From Polymyxa betae A26-41 (Eukaryota; Protista; Endomyxa: Phytomyxea): a stretch of 64,000 bases of DNA. Positions 38,456 through 52,621 of the stretch are shown piece by piece (position 1 is the stretch's first letter; each line of letters starts with the position of its first letter). The stretch lies in NCBI GenBank assembly GCA_003693705.1, contig RBZT01000959.1, positions 1 to 64,000 of the forward strand, read 5' to 3'. The notes below the pieces were generated by a model, which worked only from the letters and a program-made list of their open reading frames with translations, was not told the origin of the DNA and did no database searches. Position numbers and translations under genes: made by a program.

Positions 38456-39582
38456 ATGAACATGAATCGTATGCAGCAGATGTTTGGCAGTGGCGTTGCT
38501 GCGCCTGGTGGCGCTGATCAACCTGTCGCTGATACTGCCGAAATCACCTATATCTCATCCCTAGCTTTGCTTAAAATGCTGAAGCATGGGAGAGCTGGTG
38601 TGCCGATGGAAGTTATGGGGTTAATGCTTGGGGAATTTGTTGATGACTACACTGTTCGAGTTGTCGACGTCTTCGCAATGCCACAAAGGCAAGATGTCCT
38701 TTGATATGGTTATTAAACCTCTTACTGTTTGTCATAGTGGGACAGGTGTATCTGTTGAAGCTGTGGATCCAGTGTTCCAGACTAATATGCTGGACATGTT
38801 AAAACAAACTGCTCGGCCAGAAATGGTTGTAGGCTGGTACCACAGTCATCCAGGATTTGGCTGCTGGCTTTCTGGTTTTGAGTATTCTATGCTTAGGAAG
38901 CAGGATCTGATTTTTGACCAGGTGTCGATATCAACACACAGCAATCATTCGAAGCCTTAAACAAAAGAGCTGTTGCTGTTGTTGTCGATCCGATTCAGTC
39001 AGTCAAAGGAAAAGTTGTCATCGATGCCTTCAGATTGATTAACCCTCAGCTTATGATGCTTGGTCAAGGCAAGCGAGATGCTTCCGATTTCTTTGTTTTT
39101 GTATTAAGTGTGCTTAAGAGCCAAGACAAACGACTTCGAATCTCGGGTCTCTAAACAAGCCTTCCATTCAGGCCTTGATCCACAATCTGAATCGACACTA
39201 TTATTCCATCAACATTAGCTACAGCAAAAACGAGCTTGAACAAAAGATGCTGTTGAATCTTCACAAAAAGCAATGGACAGACAGTCTTCGAATAGAGACG
39301 TTCGATGCACACAGCAAAGACAACGAGACGACTGTTCAGGTGCATTGCAAATCCCTACTTCTTTGTTCTCACACTGATTCGTTTCATCAGACTCTTCTGC
39401 GGCTCAGCAAGTCGTATGCGGCTTGGTTGAAGGAAGAGGACACTCTCTCTAAAGAGGAGCTAGCCATTGCTCACGTGGGGAAAGTTGACCCTAAAAAGCA
39501 TCTCGAGACGAATGTAACAAACCTGATGTCCTCCAATATCATTCAAAACCTTGGCATTATGCTGAATACTGTCGTTTTTTGA
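38456..39582 (+). CDS. RPN11: 26S proteasome lid deubiquitinase RPN11/PSMD14 (4 introns, 2 of them GC-AG)
   Basis: [22 protein letters not shown] and JAMM motif [19 protein letters not shown]. Confidence 0.98.
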
Positions 39583-39738
39583 TTAGGTTTCGAAAATCGC
39601 TCATAAATCACATATTTTCAAGCCGTATTAATTACTCTCTTTTGCCTTATTACAAACATGAATGCATTCGTTTGAAACGAGAAGAAATTATTCCAGCTCT
39701 GATTAACAACGCAGTTCATAACCAGGTAAATGAAGTAA

Positions 39739-40591
39739 TTATTTTTTGGATTTCTTGGGAGACTGAGGGTTTTCGCCTGAATCACTTTTTCGCTTCTTGC
39801 CTTCGCTTCTGAGTGATGTCGCTTCTGCTCCGGCTTCAGGCTTTCTCTTCGTTTGCGAAGATGCCTTTCTGGAGGTCTGCGCTTTCTTTGCTGATTTTTT
39901 GGCCTTCTCACTTACCTTCTTAGTGGGGTTTTCCTTGCGAATCGACACTTTATCGGCAACAGACTTCTTCTTGGTAAGCGATTTCTTCTTAGTGGCAGTT
40001 TTCAGGTCGCCTGCTGCTTTCGTGCTGGGCTTCTTAGGAAGACTCTTTTTGGGGGATTTCTTTTCAACAGAGTGGTTTTTCACAGACCGTTTCTTGGCTG
40101 ATGTCTTTTTCTTGGTAACTGATTTCTTCTGATTAGATTCTTTGGTGCCCTTAGAGGTAGACTTCTGATCTTCAGTTGTTTTCTTCTTGACGGAAGCCTT
40201 TTTCTTGGTGACAACCTCTTTGTCTTCAGCTTTAATTTTGCTCTGCAACACATCGGTGAGATATCGTCACCAAAGTTAGAATATGGGGACCTTGGAAGGC
40301 GATTTCTTTGGAGAAGACTTTGCAACCTTGAAGGACTGCTTAACTTGGATGAAAGATCCCTCCGCTACACCCTTTTTCAAAGCACCAGAAATGTATTTAT
40401 CACTTGTCTAAGGAGAAGGTCATAAACCAGATGAATCAAACTTCGTGCCATTATACTTCGGCTTCCTTGAGCTCGTAATTATCATGAATGTATTTTTTGA
40501 TAGCAGTTCTAGAACTTCCTCCCTTCTCGGAAAGTTCGTTGATAGCTTTGCTGACCATGGTCTTGTAAGCAGTTTGAGCAAGTTTGGTCAT
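39739..40591 (-). CDS. Linker histone H1 (globular H15 domain plus Lys-rich tail; 1 coding intron)
   Basis: YKTMVSKAINELSEKGGSSRTAIKKYI...ALKKGVAEGSFIQVKQSFKV, followed by a K/S/T-rich tail with SPKK motifs. Confidence 0.9.
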
Positions 40592-41420
40592 GGCTACACT
40601 TGTAGAATGCGTGCGTATTACAAACTGGTAGGCAAAGGTTGTCAGCGATCAAGTAAGGGAATATTAAGAAATTATTGCACCTGATGACGCTGATAGGTGA
40701 TAGACTGATTCGCAACAGATGAAATACTCACAACAACAAACTCAGCAACACGACAACACGGCAACACCTAGAACGCACTGTGTACTTTCGAAATCCCAAA
40801 TTCTAATCACTGCGAGTCTGCGACCGACAAAGCGCGCGCTTTTTATCTGATCTTAAACTGTTGGCGTCCAGTCAGAGGGTGGTTCTCTCTCACAATTTTA
40901 CAAATAAAAACGCACACGGAATTGACACTAAGTCACAGGCGTCAATGAGCAATTTCATTCAAAAATCATGACATAGAAATTTTGGTATTTTTATCATTTA
41001 TTCAAACCGTCAAACACCGTTTTGCGCTAATTTACAAATATGCTTGAAAAGTCGCAACAAGAAGCCTGTGAGACCGTCTGATAGCTGAACTCACCAATAT
41101 ATTCCAAACTTATTATCACAGTTTATTAATGGCATGCGATTTAGCTAGGTTGCCCTCAAATATTGTTTCGAAGATGTTTTTCGTAGTTAAATCAGCCGAT
41201 ACGGAATGAATTGTGCTGCAGACGCGTTTGCTGGCTCTATATAAAGTACTTGAACTCTTGAAGTGCATGATTATGGGACAGCCATGCTTAACTAGTATGA
41301 TGAATAGAAGCGGCAGGTATGATATGGATATCGCATACTGTTACATACACAGATGACCAATACCTATAAAACGAAGAGCGCGGCCCTTGTCTAACATCTT
41401 TAGACTCAGGTATTAGAACA

Positions 41421-43535
41421 TGACTATGGAGCATCAAGGCATTGCCAATACATCATTATCTGATATGGAACGGGTTCTACAGAAATTAGCTGATACTCAG
41501 CATCAATTACATCAGGTACTACATCTAGATGTCTTCGTACATGGACACTTAAAACTGCCAGGCTCAGGAACAAGTTAATGCGTTCAGGTTGGCCGAAACT
41601 GAGTATAGATCAACAATTGAAGCACTACAACAAAAATTGGAAACTCTGGCGAAAATTACGCCAGTGAAACCTGGCCAAGATCAGGATCGAGACAACAATC
41701 AGTTAAAAGTGCTGGAAATAGAATTAGAGAGGACACGTGAACAGCACGCTACGATAGTATTGGATTTACGAAACGAAATTTCTGCATTAAGGTGGGCTTT
41801 TGTTAGATAACGTGCTATGAAACTTACTGAATCTCAGGAAGAATTGTGAGAATCGCCAAAATCAATGGAACAGCGAGAAATCGATTCTGGAAGTTGATTT
41901 GACGCAACTAAGGCATGCATTTGTGCACTGTGAAAAACAATATCAGTTCAATTTGCATCAGCAGAACGATCTCACAGAACAATATGTGTAATCTCACATA
42001 GATATCTATCGCTATTACTGAATTCGTGATCAGACAACGCTCCGAAGATGTGATACAAGTTGTACAACAAAAACTTATTTGCACGAGCAAGACCAATGAA
42101 AAATTACAACATGAGATCCTTAAGTTATCGCTGGAGAAGGAGCAGTTGCAGAATAAAATGATGCAAATGCAGAAGATGTATGTGAAGGTTAGAAGTCATG
42201 TTAATACTTTTCAAGATCAGTTGCTGAGAAATGTCAAGGCGCAAGATACAATCACAGAAATGAGTTTATCTCATGCTGCTGTGATTAAAAAGCAGGACAA
42301 TCTGATTTCTAGTTTAAGGAAACAACTTGGACGAATTCTGAAGAACCCAATTGTACAATCTAATGTATGCTCTATTAAAGGAGGTCTGGATAATGTATCG
42401 GCGTGCTCTATTACAATTAGGTGCTGACTAAAATGAACCTTCAGATACTGTAAACGCTCCTATTCTTGAAGAGGCTGCTTTAATTCGTGAGTTTAATTCG
42501 AATCTGTTTGAAAAATTAGCGTCAAGTGAAGATGAGATTAGTACTCTGAAAAATCAGGTATGATTGACCGATGATGTTTGCTCATTTCAATGAATCCGTA
42601 AAGGTTCATATATTGGAAGATCAACTATTCAAGAGCCGACAAGAAGTATCTAACTATGTTCGTAGAGTGAAAACAGGAGCTTTGATTGTAGAGGGAGACA
42701 TTCATAAGACAGATGTCGGTTCAACAAACTGCTTATCGTGTCATGAATCATTGCTAATTTTTGATTTCAGTGGAAGTCTTCGAATAAGATTTGGTCGACA
42801 CCAGAAGAAAGATTCTTATTGCTTCACAAAATGGAGTTACTTTTGCAGGAGACAATTCTAGAGAACACACAGTTAATGAAAGAAAAAAGTAAGCTAGTAT
42901 CAATCCTAGTAATCTTGCTCACATTCTTATTGATCTGTTTACAGATGAGCTTGGAGAGAAGCTAATGAGTCTCCACAATTCATTACAAAACCACAGTTGA
43001 GAACAGCTCAAGCTTGTCAAGATTTTTTAGATCGAATCACTGAAATATCTATTGATCGATACCTCATTTAGTTATTTTGGATGGAGAAAGGTCCAGGCCA
43101 TAAAACTGCATTTACTCCGTATAAACGATCTGAAGTGAATAATAAGACAATACCTGGTGCTTTAATAGCTGCAGTCTTACCTCCAGAGATATGTCGATCT
43201 ATCAGTAATGCACTATCGCGGGTTCGATCTGCAAGAAAGACATTGGAGGATTCATTTAGGGCATTGGATCAGGTCAAAACCAATCATTAATCAATTTTGC
43301 AGACAAGAATAACAGGACTTTTGATTTTCAGGTTGAATTGACAGAGGCTGAACAGATTGTCATTCAAGACTTATTTCGTGAAGCGACAGGTGTCAATGCT
43401 ATCAGTGTGAGTCGTCATGATCCTATGCAACTGATTCGTGTCAGCAATATGCAAGCTGAATGGCTAACTCGTATAGCAGCACAACTACATAATGTGTATA
43501 GAGAAGAATCTCGATGGAAATCTGCCACAATGTGA
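41421..43535 (+). CDS. Coiled-coil hypothetical protein (multi-exon; start approximate)
   Basis: Series of E/Q/L-rich exons with GT-AG introns, ending ...RWKSATM-TGA followed by AATAAA. Confidence 0.65.
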
Positions 43536-43682
43536 ATAAAGATGATTTTCTTAAGATGTGATGCGTCGTAACTATCTATAATATCTGTATGCGCGGTGGC
43601 TGTCTCCGTCACGCATTGCCCTTCTCTATATTAGTCATTATACCTCTCATCGTCCACAATCGACATTAATCAATTGCCAATC

Positions 43683-44167
43683 ATGCAGGCACGAGCGCGA
43701 CAGCCCCAAAGGGTTCAAAAGGTTATGGTTCAGCCCATTGTAAGTAGGGAACTTTGGATTTTGGCTTCTCTCAATTGTTAAGTTACTGGTGGTCAACTTG
43801 GGTTTCAAATTTCATGGACTCACTGATACTTACAATGGATTTAGACCCTGATCTTTCGATTCCTGCAGAGTGTAAGTACTGCATTGTTATCGCTCTCGAT
43901 TGTTTTACGATGCTCTAACAGAAATCTCGCGTCCAGCTGATGCTCTACGAAAATAACGATATGCGATTGGAAGGACAAATTATCGTAATCTTAAATATTC
44001 TTCATTTTTTCAATGGACGTATAATGCAATTCTGTCAGGGATTTGACGAATATATGAATGTCGTACTCGATGATGCAATCGAACTTTCTTTAAAACAGAA
44101 GACCCGGAAGAAGCTGGGACGTATTTTATTGAAGGGAGATAACATTACTCTCATAATGAGTTCCTGA
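43683..44167 (+). CDS. SNRPE: Small nuclear ribonucleoprotein SmE (3 introns)
   Basis: [30 protein letters not shown] and [14 protein letters not shown]. Confidence 0.96.
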
Positions 44168-44691
44168 GGCAATTTTGGCATCTACAGAAAATTTCAAATA
44201 AATTGAGTGTAGGTGCTGTTTGTAACACTGTACAATTTTTCTGCTTAGTTCTTATCTTACAGCATTCCGTTATATCTTGCTATAGCTTGTTACGTTTTCC
44301 AGGCTCAGTTTATTCAATAATTCAGCTATGCAGCAGTTTGATTTAACATTTACTGCTATCTGGCCCGGTGTGAATCACGTTAATGAACTTAAAAATCTGT
44401 ATCTGCGATCTCAGATTCAGTATAGAAATATTGACTATGGATCAACCTCTAAGAATTGCAATTGTCATGGGTGCTACCATTGCTGCAGCGTGTGCATATT
44501 TTCAATACGGGTTTTAAAAACGTAATGAGCAGGCCTCAGAACTAGAACATGCCTTACCATCAGCAGCAAGTGCAATGATCCCTTTCCCGCCATCGTCTTC
44601 GTCTGGAACTAAACCTCCTTCTGGTAACCCATCGACTATTCCATGGATGGCATAACAAATGAAAAATATACTGACTTGATCAATTCCTGTA

Positions 44692-47012
44692 TTAAAATGT
44701 AAAGAATCTCTCCGCCTTTCTTTGTTGGAGAAGATCAGCCTTCAAGTGCCGCCAATGTAGCATGACAATGGCAGCTAACAGTGCTACAGAAGTCACCAAA
44801 ACTGATACAGCAACCCAAATCCAGTTATTCGTTGGACTTAAGAATAGTTCCACAACCCATTTGTCAGGAGCATCCGGAGGATATGGGAATACGACAAGTT
44901 GCGAATTAGGAATCATGGAAGTCCACGTACCAACATGTCCTTAAACATGTCAGTTAGGTGACCAGTACAAGCTAGATGGCTTACTGCCTTACCAGAGCTA
45001 ACACCAACAGAAAACTGCTCAATGTAAGAGAATGTCCTTGCTAATCCGGCAAATACATATGGAGTCTGCAAAGACCTGTACGATGATTGTGAAAGTTGAG
45101 CTCCAGATACCATTCGCCGAACACCATTTGTATCCGAGACAGTAAATTTTACAGTCACGCCTGGTTGATTAACACCATAAGGCTTGGGTTCAGGAAATCT
45201 ACACAGACATCAGAAAGCTGATTGGTGGACGCACACTGCTTTCAGGTTTTTACTTTTCAGGCCAGAGCTCTGAGCACCACTCTGGACACACTCCGTTTGA
45301 TACCAAAGTCTTGAAGAAAAACGTATCTTCATTGAGATTATTAAGCAGAAATTTGATAGGGACTGCAGATTGGTCAATAAGTAATACATCTTGAAGACCT
45401 ATTTCCAAATCAGCGTATAGCTTTAAATCAGCAATGGACACAAGATACCATCTTCATTGATATCAAAAAATGCTCCACCAACAGCATGGGTGTATTCATT
45501 GAGAACCGATGTTATACGAGGATCAGAAACTTGAGTGACGCCACCACCACTAAGGCATGATAACATTACCACCTCCTGATTACTCGAAGTTAACAATAAC
45601 TCAGGCAGACCTGCAGAATTTAGGTTGAACAGAATGAGAAAATACTATAGAGCAGGTTACCATCAGCATTTATATCTCCAACTCGAATAACACCATTTGT
45701 TTCTAGACCAGTCGATAACGTTGTTTTGACAACGTTGCCATTGTTAATTTCCGAGTATGAATGAAATTTGAAATTTGGATCTGCTGAGCAAAGATTATCG
45801 GAGCTTCTGCATCCTACTAAAATATCAAAAACTTTTCAAAACAGAAATTAGTCGATGGGACCTGTTTGAGATAAAGATGAGCACAGAGGTTTCTGAATGT
45901 TATAATGGATCATAATCGCAGATGTATCAGAATTCACTGTTGAATAAATGAGGTCAAGGTGACCATCACCATTCGCATCAGCAAACGTCACTGGACCAAA
46001 ATTCTTCTCCAGATTCTGTGCAACAAAGCCATCCGTCTGAATGGAACAAACGACAGTTACGAAGGCTTACAATTGATTGAGAGAAGGTCCATTTGGAGCT
46101 GGTTGGATCCCAAATATAGATTTCCAACTGCGAATTGGTTGCGACAACCAAGTCGGCAACACAGTCACCATTGACGTCAACGTAAGAATGTGGTCTACCA
46201 TCTGCATGAACTCCATTTGTCTGATCTATTAAGCAGATTCAAGTTCAGATAACGATCTCTTGATCGAACGTCTTTTACCACTCATAGCTGGGAAGTCCTG
46301 AGCCTGGAAACCCCCTTTCTTGTCATTAACCTATTCTTTCTGAGCAGAATTCAGAATCAACTAAAGTGGTCACTGACCCAAACTTGACGTTTTGTTGCAT
46401 CCGAGAATCCAAACAGATCCAGATACATATCAGCATTATAGTCAAATACAATGAGCTCCTCAGCACTTGAGACTATCGAAATCATTACTCATTAAAGTTG
46501 TACAACATAGGTCTTACAGGATTGTTTAGGTTCGAACGATGATGTCACTGAGTTCATATAGAACATTCTACCGATATAATCCTTTGAAGTAGAGGTAGTC
46601 TTGCCTTGAATAAATAGATCGATTCTGCCATCATAATTGAAGTCACCAGGAGTGACACCAGTGATTGAGAAGTCAGATATGGTTATGCGCATGGATAGCT
46701 GAACATTAAATTGCCATTGATCTGATGACCATGTATGGATATCAATCTGTTGCTGATTTGCAGATAAAACTATTAAATCAACCCTGAAGGCGCATTTCAA
46801 TATTTTGCATAGAGACTATCATAATGATGTTAGTACTTCTTATCATTGTTGACATCAGCGAATGCAACAGGTCTAGAACCTGTGGGGATAGAATCAGCAA
46901 GCCCTAGATCAGCCCAATATAAGAGCTTGGACTGGGCACTGTAGAGATTAGGACGAGAACTATCAGCAGTATGTAGTAGAAGAATGATGACAATGTGAAG
47001 GACAAGGATCAT
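44692..47012 (-). CDS. ITFG1: ITFG1/TIP/LINKIN-like FG-GAP repeat type I membrane protein (multi-exon)
   Basis: Signal peptide, FG-GAP repeats (ADVNNDK, GDFNYDGRIDL), AQLSQSSYRSLQTPYVFAGLART, IPNSQLVV and a C-terminal TM helix. Confidence 0.9.
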
Positions 47013-47559
47013 GATGATATAGATCTAGCTGATACCCATACAGTACATCTAATAAAGATTATGACGTAGTGAGCTGACAGTCTTCTCTATCCTCTATATC
47101 GGGTACCTGACGCTATTCACTATCAATTCTTCACGTTTAACCTTCAAATTAGACTAATTTTCTGATCGATAAACAATTAACCGCCACAAAGCAGGTAATG
47201 GTTTTAAATAATATTTGTAATTAGGGCACTATTTTCCGGACAATGTTCGCCTCTGTATCTTAGTTCATTGTTGCTTTCCAAGATGATACTGAATTAGAGC
47301 TAATGCGGAAGTATATTTCTAAAGCGAAGATTTAGAACTTGTTTGGAAAAATGTCGAAAGTACTGTTTGAAATGATAGGGATAGAACTATAGCTTATGAG
47401 GAAATATAAACAGGCAGAGATGCCAATGAGACCAGAGAGTGGTAGCAAGCTGCGCAGCCTTATTACTGACTACTCTACTGTTAGATAGAACAGAGCCGTC
47501 CTGGTGCTTGTTGTTGCTGCACTCTCATTTGGTTTACTTTCCATATCTATACTATAGTC

Positions 47560-48858
47560 ATGACAGCTGAAGTTGTTAGAAATGCTGGATCTACTGGTCG
47601 ATCGACAAACCGTATTCTCATCACTGGGGCATGCGGATTCATTGGATCTCATCTGGTAACAAGATGATATTTTGCAACAGTTCATGCTTTGGTGTAATTG
47701 TATTCATAGACAGATCGTTTAATGGAGAACCCCAAGAATGAGGTCATCGCTGTAGATAACTGTTTTTCTGGGGACAAGCGTAATATTCTAAAATGGTTTG
47801 GAAACCCTCGCTTCGAGTTCATTCGCCATGACGTTTGTGAGCCTCTGACTCTTGAGGTTTAATTAAAGGTTATGTGTAGATTAATGTTAAGGAACATATA
47901 GGTCGATCAAATTTATCATTTAGCATGTCCAGCATCGCCTGTCTTTTACCAGTACAATCCTATAAAGACTGTGAAGACAGCTTTTCAGGGAACAATGAAC
48001 ATGTGTGGTCTAGCTAAACGTGTCAATGTATGAGTTGCATTTCCTATAACCTATTAGCTCACAAGATTGCTGATTTAGGCACGACTGTTGCTGGCATCTA
48101 CCTCTGAAATTTACGGCGACCCTCTTGTTCATCCTCAGGTCGAATCTTATTTCGGAAATGTCAATACCATTGGCATCCGGTCATGTTATGATGAAGGCAA
48201 ACGTATCTCCGAAACTATCTGTTTTGAGTACCACCGCCGTCATAACACCGACATTCGAGGTTGAATACGTATAATGTCGTATTGCTCTTTGGCTGATATG
48301 TTGATTAGTGGCTCGTATTTTCAATACATATGGCCCACGAATGCTTGAAAATGACGGACGTGTGGTCTCAAACTTCATTGTTCAGGCATTGAAAGGAATT
48401 CCGTTAACGGTTTATGGAGATGGATCCCAGACACGTTCTTTCTGCTACGTTGATGACCTCGTTGCTGGGTTAATCGCTTTAATGGAGGGAGATGATATCG
48501 GCCCTGTCAATCTTGGTACTTTCAACTGATATTTGGTTCTGAGCGATTTTTTTAAAGCAATGCCTTGCAGGTAACCCTGGAGAGTATACCATTAAAGAAT
48601 TAGCAGAGAAGATTCAACATATGGTTAATCCAAGCGTGAACGTTGTCTATCAGCCGTTGCCAAGCGATGATCCCACTCGCCGTCAGCCTGATATCTCTCG
48701 TGCTAGAAAGTCGCTTGGGTGGGAACCCAAAGTTCGTTTGGATGACGGCTTAAAGCGCACAATTGACGATTTTAAGGTAATTAGTTGAAACCATTCAATC
48801 AATAGCTAAAAAATGAGCGGTGTTTTAACAGAACCGTGTCAAAGCCGAGAATAACTAA
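47560..48858 (+). CDS. UXS1: UDP-glucuronate decarboxylase / UDP-xylose synthase (multi-exon)
   Basis: [43 protein letters not shown] and [10 protein letters not shown]. Confidence 0.96.
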
Positions 48859-49023
48859 TCAAGATGTTTTCATTGTTTACTGAAGATGGTCAATAAAAAG
48901 AATGTTTAGCTAATTCGTCAATATATCATGCTTGTTTAATATTATGAGCTGGTATCTGATAGACGGACTGCGTCACGGACTTGCTACGTCCATCGTCATC
49001 TGAGAATCTGATCTCGTATCACC

Positions 49024-49291
49024 ATGGTGAGTCGTCCTGCATCTATCATGCTCCCACCTTACCTAACTTGATCCTTAGCCGAAGCAGATTCGTGATATCC
49101 GTGATTTCTTGCAGAAGACTCACCGCCCTGATGCCCGTGGTGTCGTCATTAAGCGTGCTAAGGATCAGGTCAAGTTCAAGATCCGCTGCAGCAAATATCT
49201 GTACACACTAGTCGTCACTGACCTCCAGAAGGCTGACAAATTATCTCAATCTTTGCCACCTGGACTCAAGAAGACTGAAATTAAGCCATAA
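49024..49291 (+). CDS. RPL38: 60S ribosomal protein L38 (intron directly after ATG)
   Basis: M|[11 protein letters not shown]...[29 protein letters not shown]. Confidence 0.96.
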
Positions 49292-49448
49292 ATGCATCTC
49301 TCATGAGACAATTACTCTATTTGTATATTTACGATATTGTAATACTTGCTTAGTTTCCAGAGAAACATTCACATACATATTTGAGATATGTCTGGGTGCT
49401 CTTCTCCATTTTATTTGGTAACAGGCTCAACTGATCCATGAATGATTT

Positions 49449-50165
49449 CTATATCAACCAGTAATCATTATTCCATTTTGAAACAATAATCAAAAGTCTA
49501 ACCAGGAAAGCAGTATCTGTCATTATCCAGATAGATTTTGCAGTCATTTTTCTGATGAAATCATAATGTTTCCCTAAATGTTGTTCTACATGTTGTAATG
49601 CTGAGGCGAAGGCAGATTTTTCAGTTGTTTGCCCTGGATCACGTCTTGAAACCATTCGAATTTGTTTATCAGGCAATGAAGAGCTGTAGATGGGATTGGT
49701 CGAAGGTCGCTGTCGTAAGAAGAGTAATCTTAGTCCAGGTCCACATCGAGGAATTGCTGATGTTGGTGATTTGCTTGATGTTGGCCAACGACTAACACCC
49801 AGACACCACACCTGGTAGATATTCAGATCAGACAGCACAACATTGCTCATCTCCTACTTCGTCTAATTCGTTGCTGACCTGTTGGCAGACAGATTAGATC
49901 GATTAGACAACCGCTTGATTGAAGCATACGTTTTGGCTGGATTGGGATTCTAATTCATTGACAGTTTGAGAAGAGATTGGGATAGGCCGACGTAGTCCAA
50001 AGCATCGGCCGTGCCGCTTTTCATCAAGATATGAACGATGGAAATATGTCAGACCTAACAAAATTCACTCAGTCATCAACAAGTGATTGATTGCAGGGAT
50101 TTACCAAAGCAGGATTGACAGTTAGGCTGATCTGTTGCAGCTGTCTTTGACGTTGATGGCGTCAT
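49449..50165 (-). CDS. Cys-motif hypothetical protein (multi-exon)
   Basis: Spliced frame CQSCFGLTYF...GRCFGL...VWCLGVSRW...PRCGPGLRLL. The spaced CxG motifs recall an uncharacterised family known from plants. Confidence 0.55.
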
Positions 50166-50681
50166 ACTTCCAAATGTGATCCATCTCAGGCACAAGACTA
50201 CACAGACTCTCGGTAGTACTACTCTGGAATCATTGCAGCGTCACAGATTGCTGGAAACTGCACCAAGTTTCCAGACACGAATTCAAGATCGACCGTCTCG
50301 CAATCTCAGACCGATCATCATCATGATGACAGCACTGGATTCCTAAAATCGGTAATATACTCATCATCCATGCCTCTGCATGCAAATCAGTTCACACTTA
50401 AAACCTGTTTATCGGTTCTAGGAGACCGGAGACCCGGCTAGAATCTCAGAAAATGTGCCTACACATATTCTAGAAACCAGACAACGCAACACAAATCTCA
50501 GTGGACTATTTTCAAACTTGAGTGTGCATTCTAACAGAATTCTGCAGGTTCTAATGTTCTGTTCATTCTTTTCAACTATTCGTTCTTTCAATAAATCATA
50601 ACATTTATAAAGATCAAATCAATAAATGGATGATTAAATATTGTGCAAAATGCCTCTGAGTATCCAAGATGTTCTTCTCTG

Positions 50682-52621
50682 CTATTTAATTGCTTGTTGA
50701 ATTCCTTGGTCATGGGCCAGCATGTCGTAATCATTGTCATCCGAGTCCGTTATAGGTTCTGTTTGGACTTGTGATATGAGGTGATTCAGAGCAGGATGAT
50801 GCTGAAACCTAGCTGCAAGTACTGCAGGATCTACCCATTTATATCTGGTTGTCCATACTTCCACATCTATAAAGTGTCAGGTATAATAGTGAATTGCCAA
50901 ATAACAGGTAAGACATACAGAAACTCGCTCCATTCCAGGCTGCCAGACCAATTATGATAGCGATGAAGATGGCATGAAGATGTATGAATCGGAAATACAG
51001 AATAGTTGGAGCTATGACCGCCATCAATATATCATGGCTAATATATTAACCAATGCAATTACTCATAGTGACGAATGTATAGATGAATTGCAGAGCCACG
51101 AAAGCAGCTTCTTTTGTGGCCGAAGTTGGAAACTTTCGAAGGATCATGGATACGGGACCCTCCGAGCTATTCAGCAGCCACTTGAAACTGGTGATCATCT
51201 AAAGCAAATATGTTAACTGCAGACAAATCATATACAGATTCTGGTCGGTATACTAAATCATCATGTGCGATAGAAACCGGTTTCGTCAAACGAAGAAACT
51301 TGGATTGCGTCTTGAGAGTGTAAGCTAACTGCCAGATGATATAGGGCAGTAATGGAAGGATTGCTTCACACCATTATTTGTAATTTGTCGAGTGCAATGA
51401 ACATAGGACGTTACTATACCAATTGTAGAGAACTGGACATCGGGACAAGATGGCCAACCACGTGAACAGATTTCATATGATGATGGAAACCAACGAAGCT
51501 GAAATGTTAAAAGCATGGGGAAGATATGAATAGCACACGATGTCAGTTTGTCTGTTATTAAATCAGGTCAGGTCTGACAATACGAGCAAAGAGATCACCT
51601 AAATCATGAAACACTGCAACAGATGTATTATTAATACGATTACTGTTGAGATATAGCAAGCAACATTACCTAGAGAGTTTCTCCATAATGGTACCGCCCA
51701 GGCTAGAGGTCCATTAGAAAATGCAAATATATAAACAAAGAGTAAGTGGCTATCAGGAAAGGCGAACCTATGTTCATAGAGATCAGATATCCAGTATAAG
51801 AGGATGAGATGAGGATATCCATACAGGTAGACATAGATTAAGAATGTGGTGAAATAGCAGAAATCTAATAGGAAGTACTGATATCCCTCTTTACGATATA
51901 AATACAGACGAAGTGAGACCAAGAACATGATCATATATGTATACCTAATTATGAAAGAAAAACAATAAGTATTAGATGCCATACAAGCTGAACAATGCCT
52001 TATTATACCAGTTCAGCATATAGAATGAAGGTCGTCCAATTATAGAGGATGTTATTAATGATGCAAACACACCGATTGTGAACGACACCTTGAAACGAAG
52101 ATATCGTTAGAAACAGCCGACCGATTAGTTGCTGTATGCAACTTACTTTATCAATAAAGCGACAGAATGGGGCCTGAGCTCTCTTCTTCTCCCAGATTTC
52201 ACGACTACGTATAATCTTGCTTAAAATCTTCTCACGTTGACGCCGTATCTTCTGTTTGCTATTCATACAGTATCAAGTCAATACATAAATAAGAATTTCG
52301 GTCAATTGTGATATAACAAACAATTACAGAACCAAAAATAACAGAAGGAAAGAATGTGGCCAGTATGACCCATGAACGACGACAATAAACAACGTACATG
52401 AATAGATTGGCTTCACGAACAAGACCAGCACCTCTACCACCTTCAATCTTACTGACCAACCCATCCAGATCATTCTCTCTTGTGAACACATCCACGATCT
52501 GGGCCATCAGATCCCCAAGCCCACGTTCATCATCGGCATCTATCTCTTCTCGATCGGTATTGGATCGGTCGAAGATTATGGGCCGATCTTGAAGGCGCCC
52601 ACAACTACTTGATCGGCTCAT
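50682..52621 (-). CDS. GPC1: Glycerophosphocholine acyltransferase (DUF2838) membrane protein (multi-exon)
   Basis: YQYFLLDFCYF, FSNGPLAWAVPLWRNSL, DKLTSCAIHIFP and AAWNGASF. Confidence 0.88.

Noticed and set aside
39797-40132. Phe/Leu-rich membrane-like ORF
   Set aside because: Antisense shadow of the Lys-rich H1 tail. The same applies to 4751-4954 and the antisense ORFs over HSP70.
47480-47557. Hydrophobic N-terminal anchor for UXS1
   Set aside because: It ends in a stop and is out of frame with the ATG at 47560; no supported splice joins them.
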